A DNA stretch of 53,626 bases from a virus (IMGVR_UViG_3300037440_000172:1-53626), one strand, 5' to 3'; positions 1-9,032 are shown, numbered from the stretch's first letter. Made by a program: numbers and translations. The notes: generated by a model from the letters alone, not told the origin.

Positions 1-96
1 GCGGCGTGGAAGGTTTTCACGGGCAAGGCTGATGCCGTGATCTGGCCCGGTGGCCAGTGAGCGCCGGGCAGTGAAAGAGAAATACGAGAGGGCGAG

Positions 97-354
97 ATGA
101 CCCCGTTACAAGCAATGACCAAGGCTGCCTACGAAGCAGAATGGGGACCGGGAAGCTGGGATCTCGTGTCTGAAGATCGCCAGATGGAGCGGTGCCGGTA
201 TATGAGCGCCGGGCTGATGGCGGAATTCGAGCTTCCCACAAGCACGCTTGAAGCAGTAGAGACCGCCGTCGATGCGTGCCGTGCTGACGAGTTCATGGAT
301 GTCGCATTCAGCTCAATTCTACGCGACATTGCAACGGAGGGGAACGATGTCTGA
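97..354 (+). CDS. phage early hypothetical protein
   Basis: ORF with GAGAGGG upstream; first of a chain of coupled + strand ORFs. Confidence 0.6.
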   Translation: MTPLQAMTKAAYEAEWGPGSWDLVSEDRQMERCRYMSAGLMAEFELPTSTLEAVETAVDACRADEFMDVAFSSILRDIATEGNDV

Positions 355-601
355 CAGGGACAAGCTGAAAGAGAAGATCGCCGAGGCCATTCACAAAGCT
401 CAGATGGGGCTTGCTGAGATGTCGCCGGCAGAAGCCGCTCTCTCAGCGATAGAAGCAGAAGGCCACGTCATGGCCCCGAGAGAACCAACCGGCCAGATGG
501 TTGCAAGCGTGCCCCATATCGGCCCGTCTACAGCTATTGACGTCTATCGCGCGATGATCGGCGCTTCGCCGTTTGTTGGCAAGGAGAATGCAGATGTCTG
601 A
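347..601 (+). CDS. phage hypothetical protein
   Basis: GGAGGG RBS before ATG at 347 (MSDRDKLK); 'PREPTGQMV...YRAMI' motif typical of small phage early proteins. Confidence 0.65.
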   Translation: MSDRDKLKEKIAEAIHKAQMGLAEMSPAEAALSAIEAEGHVMAPREPTGQMVASVPHIGPSTAIDVYRAMIGASPFVGKENADV

Positions 602-1148
602 CGATAGCAAGACAATCGGGCAGATCCTGCGCGAAGCCCGCAACGCTTGGGAACTGCACTACACGGAAACCGGCGTCTACGATCCGAACTGGCGGGAGCC
701 TTGCGATGAAGCCTCCGCCTCTGCCGTATGGGATACAGCAGTAGAGGCTTGCATCTCCAAGATGGAAGAAGTCATCGCCAGAGCCAAGCATGTTGACGAT
801 ACCGAAGGCGCGTGGGTGCTTCAAGGTGCCGTGGGTAAACTTGAAGCCTTAAAGCGCTCACAAAGCCAGACGGGTACGGATGATGTGTGTCAGGCGAAAT
901 CCTCGACGCAAGGCGAGACCGTATCGGCTGCGCCTCTTCAAGCTACCGCCGGAGGGGATGCCTTTGAAGAATGGCAAAGCCTCATGCGAAAAGCAATCAA
1001 CGTCCAGAACGGCATCGCAAGCGAAGAAGAACGTCAGATTGTTGCTGAATCGCTTTTGCGGCGACTGGATCGTGAAGGCTTTCAGCGGATCGCGTCCTTT
1101 CTTCAAGAAGCAAACTCCCAAGGCCAGACGGAGGAAGACCCGACATGA
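594..1148 (+). CDS. phage hypothetical protein
   Basis: AAGGAG RBS at 581-586, ATG at 594, overlaps upstream stop. Confidence 0.6.
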   Translation: MSDDSKTIGQILREARNAWELHYTETGVYDPNWREPCDEASASAVWDTAVEACISKMEEVIARAKHVDDTEGAWVLQGAVGKLEALKRSQSQTGTDDVCQAKSSTQGETVSAAPLQATAGGDAFEEWQSLMRKAINVQNGIASEEERQIVAESLLRRLDREGFQRIASFLQEANSQGQTEEDPT

Positions 1149-1306
1149 TGGACTTCTTTCGCAAGCTGAGACAGGCGCTCTGCCGTCATGACTGGCAGAC
1201 AACCAAATTCCAAGCGCTCGTTCCTGGCATCGGTCAGCAGTGCTCAAAATGTGGCAAGCATCGACGAGTTTACCAATCGAGGAAGCGGGACCAAGACAAT
1301 GGGTGA
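1145..1306 (+). CDS. small zinc-finger-like protein (53 aa)
   Basis: Not in ORF track; ATGA overlap and GGAGG RBS; MMDFFRKLRQALCRHDW...QQCSKCGK has a C-x-H and a CxxC. Confidence 0.6.
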   Translation: MMDFFRKLRQALCRHDWQTTKFQALVPGIGQQCSKCGKHRRVYQSRKRDQDNG

Positions 1307-1688
1307 TCTTACCAGAGAGCAGATCGAGGAACTAGCCAAACGCCTTAATGCATTTGCGGATGGAGATGTCCACGAAGCCCGCCGGGATGCTCTGCATGGT
1401 CAGCACCCGGAGCAGAACGACTATGAGATCTGGGCAGGCTTGATGACGCAGGCCTCCTCTGCGCTTCATCAGCTTCTTACTGCTACGGAGTGGAAGCCAA
1501 TAGACGCGATCACCGACAAAGATCAAGTCGTGCTCATGACGGACGGCGAACGACGCTGGATGGCTTCGCTGGACTCACATGAGAAGTACGCTGATCTCCG
1601 TGGGTGGCTTGGAGACGACACCGGCGATGCGATCGGATGGCAACCGCTTCCGCCCCTTCCACCGTCCCCAGTCACAGAGGGAGAGTAG
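1299..1688 (+). CDS. phage hypothetical protein (DUF551-like C-terminus)
   Basis: WKPI...WQPLPPLP motif common in phage early proteins. Confidence 0.6.
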   Translation: MGDLTREQIEELAKRLNAFADGDVHEARRDALHGQHPEQNDYEIWAGLMTQASSALHQLLTATEWKPIDAITDKDQVVLMTDGERRWMASLDSHEKYADLRGWLGDDTGDAIGWQPLPPLPPSPVTEGE

Positions 1689-1691
1689 AGC

Positions 1692-2321
1692 ATGGCAGAT
1701 AAGCCGATAATCTTCTCAGCGCCGATGGTGCAGGCTTTACTCGCCGGCAGGAAGACGCAGACGCGGCGGATATTGAAGCCGCAGCCGGTGCATTGTCTTA
1801 TGTGGGGTGACCCACCGCCCGGAACATACCCGAGTGATAAGGGTTGGTCGCGCTTTCCCTGCGCGCCCGGCGATCGCCTTTGGTGCCGCGAGAACTGGCA
1901 GACCCATTGCGACATGGATCATATCACGCCAAGAGATTTGCCGCACGATTCCGCGGTCCAATATCCAGCGACATATGACGGCTGGGTAAGTAGGGTCCGT
2001 CCATCAATCCACATGCCCCGCTGGGCGTCGCGGATTACGCTGATCGTGACAGATGTCCGCGTGCAGCGATTGCAGGACATCAGCGAAGCCGATGCGATAG
2101 CGGAGGGCATTAAGAAATTGCCTGGCGGGAATGAAGATCAATGGATGGATTACCCGGAAGGTTCTAGTGCGGCGGGGTGGCTACAGCCTGTAAACAGTTT
2201 TGACTCGCTCTGGGAAAGTATCAACGGCCCAGGCTCATGGACCGAAAACCCGTTCGTCTACGCCGTTTCGTTCATCGTCCACAAAAGCAACATCGACGCT
2301 TTGAAAGCGGAGGCAGCTTGA
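1692..2321 (+). CDS. ASCH/PUA-like phage protein
   Basis: 'PIIFSAPMVQALLAGRKTQTRR', 'PSIHMPRWASRITL', 'RLQDISEADAIAEG' family motifs. Confidence 0.8.
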   Translation: MADKPIIFSAPMVQALLAGRKTQTRRILKPQPVHCLMWGDPPPGTYPSDKGWSRFPCAPGDRLWCRENWQTHCDMDHITPRDLPHDSAVQYPATYDGWVSRVRPSIHMPRWASRITLIVTDVRVQRLQDISEADAIAEGIKKLPGGNEDQWMDYPEGSSAAGWLQPVNSFDSLWESINGPGSWTENPFVYAVSFIVHKSNIDALKAEAA

Positions 2322-2629
2322 TGGCAGGCATTTCCAAATGCGCCGACTCATTCTGCCCCAGCAAGGACCATTGCTACAGGTTCACGGCTCCGGCGTCACT
2401 GATTGCGAAGGGCTTCGCCGATTTTCAGAGGAAGGGGAGGACCTGCAAGTTCTGGAAACACTGGCGCGTAGTCGCATGCGCTGATGATGAGCCGCAACCG
2501 GTTGGCCATTGCGTCGTGACAAGGAACGCGGGGCATGAGGTCATCATAACCTTCGTTCAGGGGCTCACCGCGCATGATTTCTGCTGTGATTCATACATCC
2601 CGGATACGGCGGAGAAGACCGATGAATGA
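2321..2629 (+). CDS. Cys-rich phage hypothetical protein
   Basis: TGATG coupling and GGAGG RBS; ISKC...CP...CYRFTA motif. Confidence 0.6.
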   Translation: MAGISKCADSFCPSKDHCYRFTAPASLIAKGFADFQRKGRTCKFWKHWRVVACADDEPQPVGHCVVTRNAGHEVIITFVQGLTAHDFCCDSYIPDTAEKTDE

Positions 2630-2843
2630 TTTTCGCACCAACACCGGTCGCTCTCAGGATTACCGGGACGGCTACGAGCGAGCGCTGAAAGATTGCGTCA
2701 ACTGGCTCCACGAACGGGCGAAGGGCATGAATGATCATCACGCAACGCAACTCCTGAACTCGGCAGCGTTCGCGCTCGGTGTCCACAAGGAGAAGCGCGC
2801 CAGAGGCACCAGCCCCTTTCAGAAGACAGGAGCCGACCAGTGA
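2622..2843 (+). CDS. phage hypothetical protein
   Basis: GGAG RBS, ATG at 2622, coupled to neighbours. Confidence 0.55.
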   Translation: MNDFRTNTGRSQDYRDGYERALKDCVNWLHERAKGMNDHHATQLLNSAAFALGVHKEKRARGTSPFQKTGADQ

Positions 2844-3136
2844 GCAGATGCCCTGAATGTCAATACCGCAAGACCATGGTAGCGGATTCCCGCCCTCGCG
2901 ATAACTGGAAAATCGTATTTCGCCGGAGACGATGCACCAAGTGCGGGCACAGGTTCAATACTATCGAGTCATACGAAATCGCGGGCGGAGATGTGGTTGG
3001 ACCGGCCAAGAGGCGCGCGATTGCAGAGGCAAGGCGCGCTTTGCAATCCGGCATTCGGGCGCTCGATGAACTTGACAACTCCGACGAACTCGCCAGCACC
3101 AGCCAGTTTCAGAATACCGGAGGCAGTGATGAGTGA
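2840..3136 (+). CDS. NrdR-like zinc-ribbon protein without ATP-cone
   Basis: CPEC...V-DSR...RRRRCTKCGHRFNTIE matches the NrdR N-terminal zinc ribbon. Confidence 0.75.
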   Translation: MSRCPECQYRKTMVADSRPRDNWKIVFRRRRCTKCGHRFNTIESYEIAGGDVVGPAKRRAIAEARRALQSGIRALDELDNSDELASTSQFQNTGGSDE

Positions 3137-3596
3137 CGCACCGCTAACGCTTGAGAAACTTCTGACCACAGATCAGGTCGCCAGCATGTTGGGTGTTAAG
3201 CCAAGCCAAGTTCGCGGACTGCCGATTCCGTTTGTCCGTGTCGGGAGAAAACGGAGGTATCGCCCTTATCATCTGGATGAGTTCAAGAACAATCCGGAAA
3301 ATCCTTGGGACGATGAAATCACAGGCCGTGTCTATTTTTTGAGAACCTACTGCGGCCGATACGTGAAGATCGGTTACGCCACCAACGTGGCCAATCGCAT
3401 GGCAGATATAGATATGTGCCATCCAGAGCCGTTAACGCTTCTCGGATCGGTGCCCGGCAACCCAAGAATTGAAAAATTCTTCCATCGGAAATTCAAAAAT
3501 TTGCGGGTGCGCGGCGAGTGGTTTCGCCTTGCAGATGAACTTCAGCAGCACATCCAAGAGAATGTCGAATTGCAAGTGGACAAAGACACAATCTGA
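3129..3596 (+). CDS. HTH (excisionase-like) fused to GIY-YIG family (T5orf172/MUG113-like) domain
   Basis: LLTTDQVASMLGV...RVGRKRRY then VYF...VKIGYA...E..H..F...RVRGEWF. Confidence 0.75.
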   Translation: MSDAPLTLEKLLTTDQVASMLGVKPSQVRGLPIPFVRVGRKRRYRPYHLDEFKNNPENPWDDEITGRVYFLRTYCGRYVKIGYATNVANRMADIDMCHPEPLTLLGSVPGNPRIEKFFHRKFKNLRVRGEWFRLADELQQHIQENVELQVDKDTI

Positions 3597-3973
3597 TGAC
3601 GACATTTTACGCACCACTGACGATCGAAGATGTGAGGGAGCTACTGCCCGGCGTGTCCGAGCGTGAGCTTCGCAAGACCATCCGTGAGCATAAATGCTGT
3701 TCCGTGATCGGTGGCAAGATGTATCTTGAGCTGGAGGACTTTCAGCTTCTCCTGCAGGAAACCAAGCTATGGCGCTCAAAATCAAGTGGCGGAACGGGAT
3801 CGCATACCTCCACGGGACATCTGGCCGTAAACGCATACGAAAAAGCCTTGGAACTCGCGACCCGAAAATCGCGGAACTTAAGCGAGCGCAAGAAGAAGCG
3901 CGCCAAGACCGCGCCTCCATCTACGGCGAAGAGAACGAGGCAACCTTCGCTGACGCTTGTGTCCAATACCTGA
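3596..3973 (+). CDS. putative excisionase/HTH DNA-binding protein
   Basis: PLTIEDVRELLPGVSERELRK winged-HTH-like N-terminus, directly upstream of and overlapping the integrase. Confidence 0.55.
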   Translation: MTTFYAPLTIEDVRELLPGVSERELRKTIREHKCCSVIGGKMYLELEDFQLLLQETKLWRSKSSGGTGSHTSTGHLAVNAYEKALELATRKSRNLSERKKKRAKTAPPSTAKRTRQPSLTLVSNT

Positions 3974-4797
3974 ACCACGCGCCGCCGGACAAGGACTATC
4001 TTGCACCGATCATTCGGTGTTTGGGAAAAATGAGATTAGCTGAGATCAAGCCGGGAAAGGTGAAGGTGCTGGCGAAGCAGCTCTATCCGACCTGCAAGCC
4101 ACAGACATGGAACCGGCAGGTGATCGTGCCGGTCAGCGCGGTGATCAATTTTGCGCATGACCTCGGCCTGTGCGCCCCGATCCGCATCAAGAGATTCAAG
4201 GCCCTCGATCCGAGGGTTAAAAGAGCGATCAACCGCGAATGGATCAACAGCTTCATGGCGCATGCCACATCGCCGCATCTGGCGGCCTATGCGCTGTTTC
4301 TGCACACGACCGCCGCGCGACCGACTGAGGCCATCATGCTGATGCCTGGCAATCTCGATCTGGAACGACAGTACGGCGTCAGCCGGACGATGACCAAGAA
4401 TGGCGAGCGCCGCGAATTCTGGCTGACAGCCGAGATGACGCGCGTTCTGCGGACATTGCCACCGAAGCAGATCAAGAAGGGGCAGTACAAAGGCGAGTGG
4501 CGAATTTTCGGATGGGCCGACCTCAAGGGACCGATCGAGCCGTGGAAGAAGACATGCAAGTTGGCCGCCATCGATTATGTGACGCCGTATGAGGCGGGCC
4601 GACATTCATTCGCGACGGAGGCCGTCACGCGCCAGGGCAAGAACGTGATCATGGTCGCAAAGACCGGAAATTGGAAAGACACGCAGACGTTGCTGAAACA
4701 CTATGCACACCCTGAAGACATGGCCGGGTTCATAGAAGGCACATTTGGCTCAATCGAGACACAGCCGACACTCAGTAAACGGAACATAGTTAAGTAA
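3769..4797 (+). CDS. int: tyrosine recombinase / phage integrase
   Basis: TAARPTE (Arg), TKNG (Lys), AGRHSFAT, GNWKD, KHYAH (Tyr) catalytic motifs. Confidence 0.9.
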   Translation: MALKIKWRNGIAYLHGTSGRKRIRKSLGTRDPKIAELKRAQEEARQDRASIYGEENEATFADACVQYLNHAPPDKDYLAPIIRCLGKMRLAEIKPGKVKVLAKQLYPTCKPQTWNRQVIVPVSAVINFAHDLGLCAPIRIKRFKALDPRVKRAINREWINSFMAHATSPHLAAYALFLHTTAARPTEAIMLMPGNLDLERQYGVSRTMTKNGERREFWLTAEMTRVLRTLPPKQIKKGQYKGEWRIFGWADLKGPIEPWKKTCKLAAIDYVTPYEAGRHSFATEAVTRQGKNVIMVAKTGNWKDTQTLLKHYAHPEDMAGFIEGTFGSIETQPTLSKRNIVK

Positions 4798-5068
4798 ATC
4801 GTTGGTATATATAGAATTTTCCGGTATAATGTGAAAACTAGCCCATACTCACGGTGGGGTGAGGTGTCCCGCTTCACGGAATAGGTCAGCAGGCGGGAGA
4901 GAGCAAGGGTTTTCTTTATGCAGCAATGGATTTTTGAGAGTGCGGCGTTCTTGTTCTGGCCGCATTGGCTTGCAGAACGAAGCAAAAACTCGCAGGCCGA
5001 TAAATCGAGATGAGACACAAATCTGGCACAGCCTGTTTTGCAGGCGTTCCGGATTCATGGAGGGTGAG

Positions 5069-5269
5069 ATGAGCGCCTACGCAGAAGCAATCGTTAGGGT
5101 CAAGGTGACGAACCTCGGTAGCTGGGGGGATGACTGCACCGCCGGTCAGATCAAAGACCAAGCGCGCCGGGCCGCGATGCTGAAACTTACCGAGCTTCTC
5201 GATAATGTCGATTTCGAGATCATTGGGCGACCTGAAATCAAAATGGTCTCAGCGAACCTTGAAGACTAA
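5069..5269 (+). CDS. hypothetical protein
   Basis: GGAGGG RBS, ATG at 5069. Confidence 0.55.
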   Translation: MSAYAEAIVRVKVTNLGSWGDDCTAGQIKDQARRAAMLKLTELLDNVDFEIIGRPEIKMVSANLED

Positions 5270-5298
5270 CCGCACGCGCCATGAGGAAGGATGAGAGA

Positions 5299-5535
5299 AT
5301 GCACGAAACACAAAAAGACACTCAACGGGCACTTGCTGCCGCAAAGGCCATAATCGACGATCGAGATCCGGTTGCAGATTATTCCTCGATTCTGGTCACG
5401 ACCGAACAGGCAGTCGCGACGGTCCTTCTAGCTATCTTCAGGAATGACCCCGCGAAAGCAGCTGCCATGCTGAATGAAGGACTGATTCACGGAATCGAAA
5501 GTCGCCTGTCTATGTACGCTGCGAAATTTCAGTGA
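5299..5535 (+). CDS. hypothetical protein
   Basis: AGGA RBS, ATG at 5299. Confidence 0.55.
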   Translation: MHETQKDTQRALAAAKAIIDDRDPVADYSSILVTTEQAVATVLLAIFRNDPAKAAAMLNEGLIHGIESRLSMYAAKFQ

Positions 5536-5594
5536 CGCAAGAGAACAAGGGATGATCTGGCGCGGGATATGGCGTCAGCCTGATGGAGGGGAAG

Positions 5595-5804
5595 ATGGGC
5601 GCAAAGGAAAAATTCATCGAAGATGCGGCAAAAGTCATCGACGGCCGCGTTGCGGCTTTGAAAGCCGAGATGGTGAAACACCCCAAATCTGTTGTTCCCG
5701 GCGACAGAGCGGCAATTCTTGAAGCGGAGTTTTGCGCTAGGCTGATACGGACGCTATTGCACGGGACGTATCGAGGCGATCCATTTGACTACCTTATAGC
5801 ATAA
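5595..5804 (+). CDS. hypothetical protein
   Basis: GGAGGGG RBS, ATG at 5595. Confidence 0.55.
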   Translation: MGAKEKFIEDAAKVIDGRVAALKAEMVKHPKSVVPGDRAAILEAEFCARLIRTLLHGTYRGDPFDYLIA

Positions 5805-5937
5805 AAGCTGTTGCTGGGTAAGGACTTAATGCGGTCGACGAACTTCGCTCATTTCAACAGACTGAACACCTTCGCCATCACGAAGAACAGCCCTGTAACG
5901 AGCGCCAGCGATGCTATGGCGAAGTTCAGCCACATGA

Positions 5938-6240
5938 TCAGTTTATCGCGACCTTTACCGCCTCGGCCACGCTCATGATCCCCGTTCCCGCGAGAATGAT
6001 CGCGATCAACACCCGTACCAGGATAGCCAAGTCCAGCATCTGGAAAAACGTTGCGGACGTGCCCTTGCCCTGCTCCAACCGCGAGAGCCGGGCGAGGATG
6101 TCCCGTCTGTAATATCGGGTCTCTTGTCGTTGCAGGTCTTGATCGGCTCTCAGCGTTGCGATCTGAAGCGTCAGCGACTGGTTCATGTCTGCTATGCGCC
6201 GGTCGATATCGCGTAGGATCTGCAAGTCTGTCATGGCCAT
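5938..6240 (-). CDS. coiled-coil plus C-terminal TM protein (holin/XhlA-like)
   Basis: Amphipathic N-terminus then hydrophobic LAILVRVLIAIILAG; lies at the end of the late/lysis region. Confidence 0.5.
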   Translation of the reverse strand: MAMTDLQILRDIDRRIADMNQSLTLQIATLRADQDLQRQETRYYRRDILARLSRLEQGKGTSATFFQMLDLAILVRVLIAIILAGTGIMSVAEAVKVAIN

Positions 6241-6603
6241 TCGCCGGGATCTCCGCCATATATTCACTTAGCGCCATAGTTTAAGCCTGTTTTTCAGAGT
6301 TGATTGTTGTCAGCCATTTGGCGAAACCTTTGCTTTCGTCTTTTGGTCAGTCCCGGTGCCGGAGTCTTGAGCTTCGGTATCGGGACGCTGCTTATGTTAA
6401 TGGAATGCGGTTTTCTTTAACTTGTCGCGGTGATAGGTAAAGGCTCTTTGCTTTACTTGCGGTGCGCTTTCCTGTAGAATCGCGAGCGGGAAGGCGGCGG
6501 GCGATGATGCGAGGGAAAACAGCGGGTTGATCGCCGCGACGCCACCTCGATAGCGCCAGTCTTCCCGTCAATTTTCTGTCGCGAAACCGGAGCGAGACAA
6601 AAT

Positions 6604-6807
6604 ATGAGCGACTCCAATCCAATACCGCCGGATTTCAAGGTTTACACTCAAGACTTGAACTCCACCAACACGCTGAACATTCGTCTCGGCAACGGTGGTT
6701 GCATCATCAAGCCTGATGGAACATTTGAAACATATGGCGAGTATACGCCAGACGAAGCTGCTCGTGCCTTCTGGGGCGCAGTGGCGAGACAAAAACCGGA
6801 CATTTAA
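6604..6807 (+). CDS. hypothetical protein
   Basis: GGAG RBS; YTPDEAARAFW motif. Confidence 0.55.
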   Translation: MSDSNPIPPDFKVYTQDLNSTNTLNIRLGNGGCIIKPDGTFETYGEYTPDEAARAFWGAVARQKPDI

Positions 6808-6820
6808 CCGGGCGGGAATA

Positions 6821-6863
6821 GTGGTTTAAAACCACCATTTAAGTATGGTTTAAAACCATACTT
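6821..6863. repeat. twin palindromes with TGGTTTAAAACCA core
   Basis: GTGGTTT-A-AAACCAC (6821-6835) and AAGTATGGTTT-A-AAACCATACTT (6841-6863). Confidence 0.85.
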
Positions 6864-6866
6864 CTT

Positions 6867-7241
6867 TTACCCAGCCAGCCAGTAGAATCCTATCGAGCAC
6901 CCAAGAAACACAGCCCCGCCCACGACGAATATATAAGGCACTGGCGTCGCCAGAAAAGCCGCCGCTCCGGCCGCCACGGCGACAAGCGCAAAATCTTCAG
7001 AGCGGTTGATGTGCGATTTCGTTGACCGCATATCGCGCAACTGCGCCGTCATCTTCCCGATGCCCTTGGTCACGGGAGCCTTGTTCGTGAGGACTTCCCG
7101 GCGCATCCGGTGCGTGGAGATGCGGATTTCCCGCTTGGTGATATCCTGAGAAAGCTCATCAGAAACACCTGATACATGGGTTGACCATCCTGCCATCATT
7201 ATGAGGATGAAGGCGAGGATGGTTTTTGCGCGGTCGGTCAT
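6867..7241 (-). CDS. membrane protein, hypothetical
   Basis: N-terminal signal/TM segment and C-terminal hydrophobic segments. Confidence 0.55.
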   Translation of the reverse strand: MTDRAKTILAFILIMMAGWSTHVSGVSDELSQDITKREIRISTHRMRREVLTNKAPVTKGIGKMTAQLRDMRSTKSHINRSEDFALVAVAAGAAAFLATPVPYIFVVGGAVFLGCSIGFYWLAG

Positions 7242-7389
7242 TCGTCAGCCTCGGCAATTCTTGTCAGCGATCTAAGCCGCCTGCAATGCCGCAGGAGACG
7301 CTTGCCTTCAGCCTTGCGCCCGTCCATCATGGCGGCGTCTCCCTCCTTCAGGAGCTTGTCCGCCTTCTGCCGGAGGCGTTCCGATTTCT

Positions 7390-7626
7390 TCATTTCTGCT
7401 CAGATGCTTTCATGTAGAAGTCTTCGATCTCGACATCTTCCGGCACTGCGCCACGCCACCACCATTCTGCCGAGATTGCGTGACGCTCCATCGGCTCAGA
7501 AACGAGCACTTTATTTTCAACTGAAAGCTGATAGTGCAAGCCGTCATCGATGTATGTGTCGCCCGGCTCTTCTGGCCGCATTGCAGCACAGAAAATGCGG
7601 CCATCTTTCCTGATGCGTACAGCCAT
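7390..7626 (-). CDS. hypothetical protein
   Basis: ORF starts 3 nt after the upstream stop. Confidence 0.55.
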   Translation of the reverse strand: MAVRIRKDGRIFCAAMRPEEPGDTYIDDGLHYQLSVENKVLVSEPMERHAISAEWWWRGAVPEDVEIEDFYMKASEQK

Positions 7627-7628
7627 GT

Positions 7629-7907
7629 TTATTTCTGCTCAGCTGCTTTTTTCTCGGCTTCCTTGACCTTCCAGTGAACGTTGTTGTGACGTTCGATCTG
7701 AGCCATTGTATTCTCGGTCAGCGCGTCGGCAGGGTGAGGCTTGATGTAACGGTATGGTTTCGACGACGGGACGGGGACAACCCGCGTCTGCACTTGTGGC
7801 GAAGACGTGCAGCTTGCGGCGGTCGACGAGATTGCCAGAATCAGAGCCATTTTAGCCAAAAATCCCTTACGGGACAAGGCTTTAAAGCGGTCGACGAGAT
7901 TGCTCAT
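7629..7907 (-). CDS. putative o-spanin-like lipoprotein
   Basis: Hydrophobic signal ending in lipobox-like TAAS-C, Pro-rich; ATGA overlap with upstream gene. Confidence 0.55.
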   Translation of the reverse strand: MSNLVDRFKALSRKGFLAKMALILAISSTAASCTSSPQVQTRVVPVPSSKPYRYIKPHPADALTENTMAQIERHNNVHWKVKEAEKKAAEQK

Positions 7908-8227
7908 TTGTCGCTCCTGCAAAGACCCGGGTGCCGTTCACAATACTGAGCAACGTCTTTCGATCCATCCGTCATGCCGTCAACGCTGCTCAGAATGTCC
8001 GCAATGGTGCGCTCGGCGGCGGTTTCCATGCGGGCGATCTTCACCTCGCATTGCGCCTTCTCGCGCTCCACGGCGGCGCTCTTGCCTTCTGAGCCTTTAG
8101 AATAGGCCCATGCCGTTGGAACGCCCACGGCGAGCAGGCCAGCAACGATGTAGAGCGTGGAGGCGGAGAGGCCCGGCAGCGCCCAGCCGATAGCAGCGTT
8201 CGTCAGTTTGCCGATGAGTGCCAGCAT
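7904..8227 (-). CDS. putative i-spanin-like protein
   Basis: N-terminal TM then coiled-coil; between endolysin and lipoprotein. Confidence 0.55.
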   Translation of the reverse strand: MLALIGKLTNAAIGWALPGLSASTLYIVAGLLAVGVPTAWAYSKGSEGKSAAVEREKAQCEVKIARMETAAERTIADILSSVDGMTDGSKDVAQYCERHPGLCRSDK

Positions 8228-8228
8228 G

Positions 8229-8996
8229 TCACCGTCCTTTAGTGGCAGCATCGTCCTGCCGGGCGTAAATAATGACACATTGCAGGGCAATCTTGAGCAG
8301 GATCGAGGCGACAAGGAACGCCGGAATGGTCAGCCCGATCTGCCCGATCAGGTCACCGATCACATTGATCTGCCCTTGGCTTTCGAGGATCGCCACGCCG
8401 TCGAGGCCGAGCAATCCCATCTGTGCAGTGCTCGCCTTCATGGTGCGTGAGTTCATCGGAGTGACCGGCACCCGGTAACCGAGTAGCCGCTCGCGGTCCT
8501 GCCGCTCGATGCAGACCTGATCGCCACCCTGATTGCCGGCAAGTATGCGAATGCCCTTCGCGTCCTCATCGATGTAAAAGCCGACGTGACCTTGCCAGCC
8601 CCGAACGTCGCCCCGGCTGAACACTGCGATGCATCCGGGAACAGGCTTTTTGACTTCCTTGCCCCATGTCAGGTAAGATCGGGCAAGCAAGCTCTTTGAA
8701 CTGGCGTAGCCGCTGCGCTCAAGACACGCCCCGGTAAATGCTGCGCACCATGCCACTGAATCTGCGTCAACTTCGGGGTGCCCGGCGTCGGCATAGTATT
8801 TGAGCACGCGCGGATTGTTCGCCGCGCCCGGCGCTTCCTTCACGCCAAGTTCGCCGCGCGCGATCTTGAGCCATTTCGGCTCACCGGACACCGGCTCATC
8901 TGCCGATTTCTCCGGCTTCGGAGCGACGCTCTTGCCGCCGAATATCGCCTTGAGAAGCCCGGCAAGCCACTCAAAGAATGCTGTGATCGGATTCAT
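8229..8996 (-). CDS. putative endolysin, TIGR02594 / NlpC-P60-like peptidase
   Basis: WLKIARGELGVKE, D.VAWCAAF, ARSYLTWG, GHVGF, LAGNQ motifs; GAGGAG RBS before ATG at 8996. Confidence 0.8.
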   Translation of the reverse strand: MNPITAFFEWLAGLLKAIFGGKSVAPKPEKSADEPVSGEPKWLKIARGELGVKEAPGAANNPRVLKYYADAGHPEVDADSVAWCAAFTGACLERSGYASSKSLLARSYLTWGKEVKKPVPGCIAVFSRGDVRGWQGHVGFYIDEDAKGIRILAGNQGGDQVCIERQDRERLLGYRVPVTPMNSRTMKASTAQMGLLGLDGVAILESQGQINVIGDLIGQIGLTIPAFLVASILLKIALQCVIIYARQDDAATKGR

Positions 8997-9009
8997 AAGG
9001 CTCCTCATT

Positions 9010-9032
9010 AAAAAAGCCCCTGAGAAGGGGCT
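9010..9032 (-). terminator. rho-independent terminator-like hairpin
   Basis: AGCCCC-TTCTCA-GGGGCT followed by a T-run on the - strand. Confidence 0.65.
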
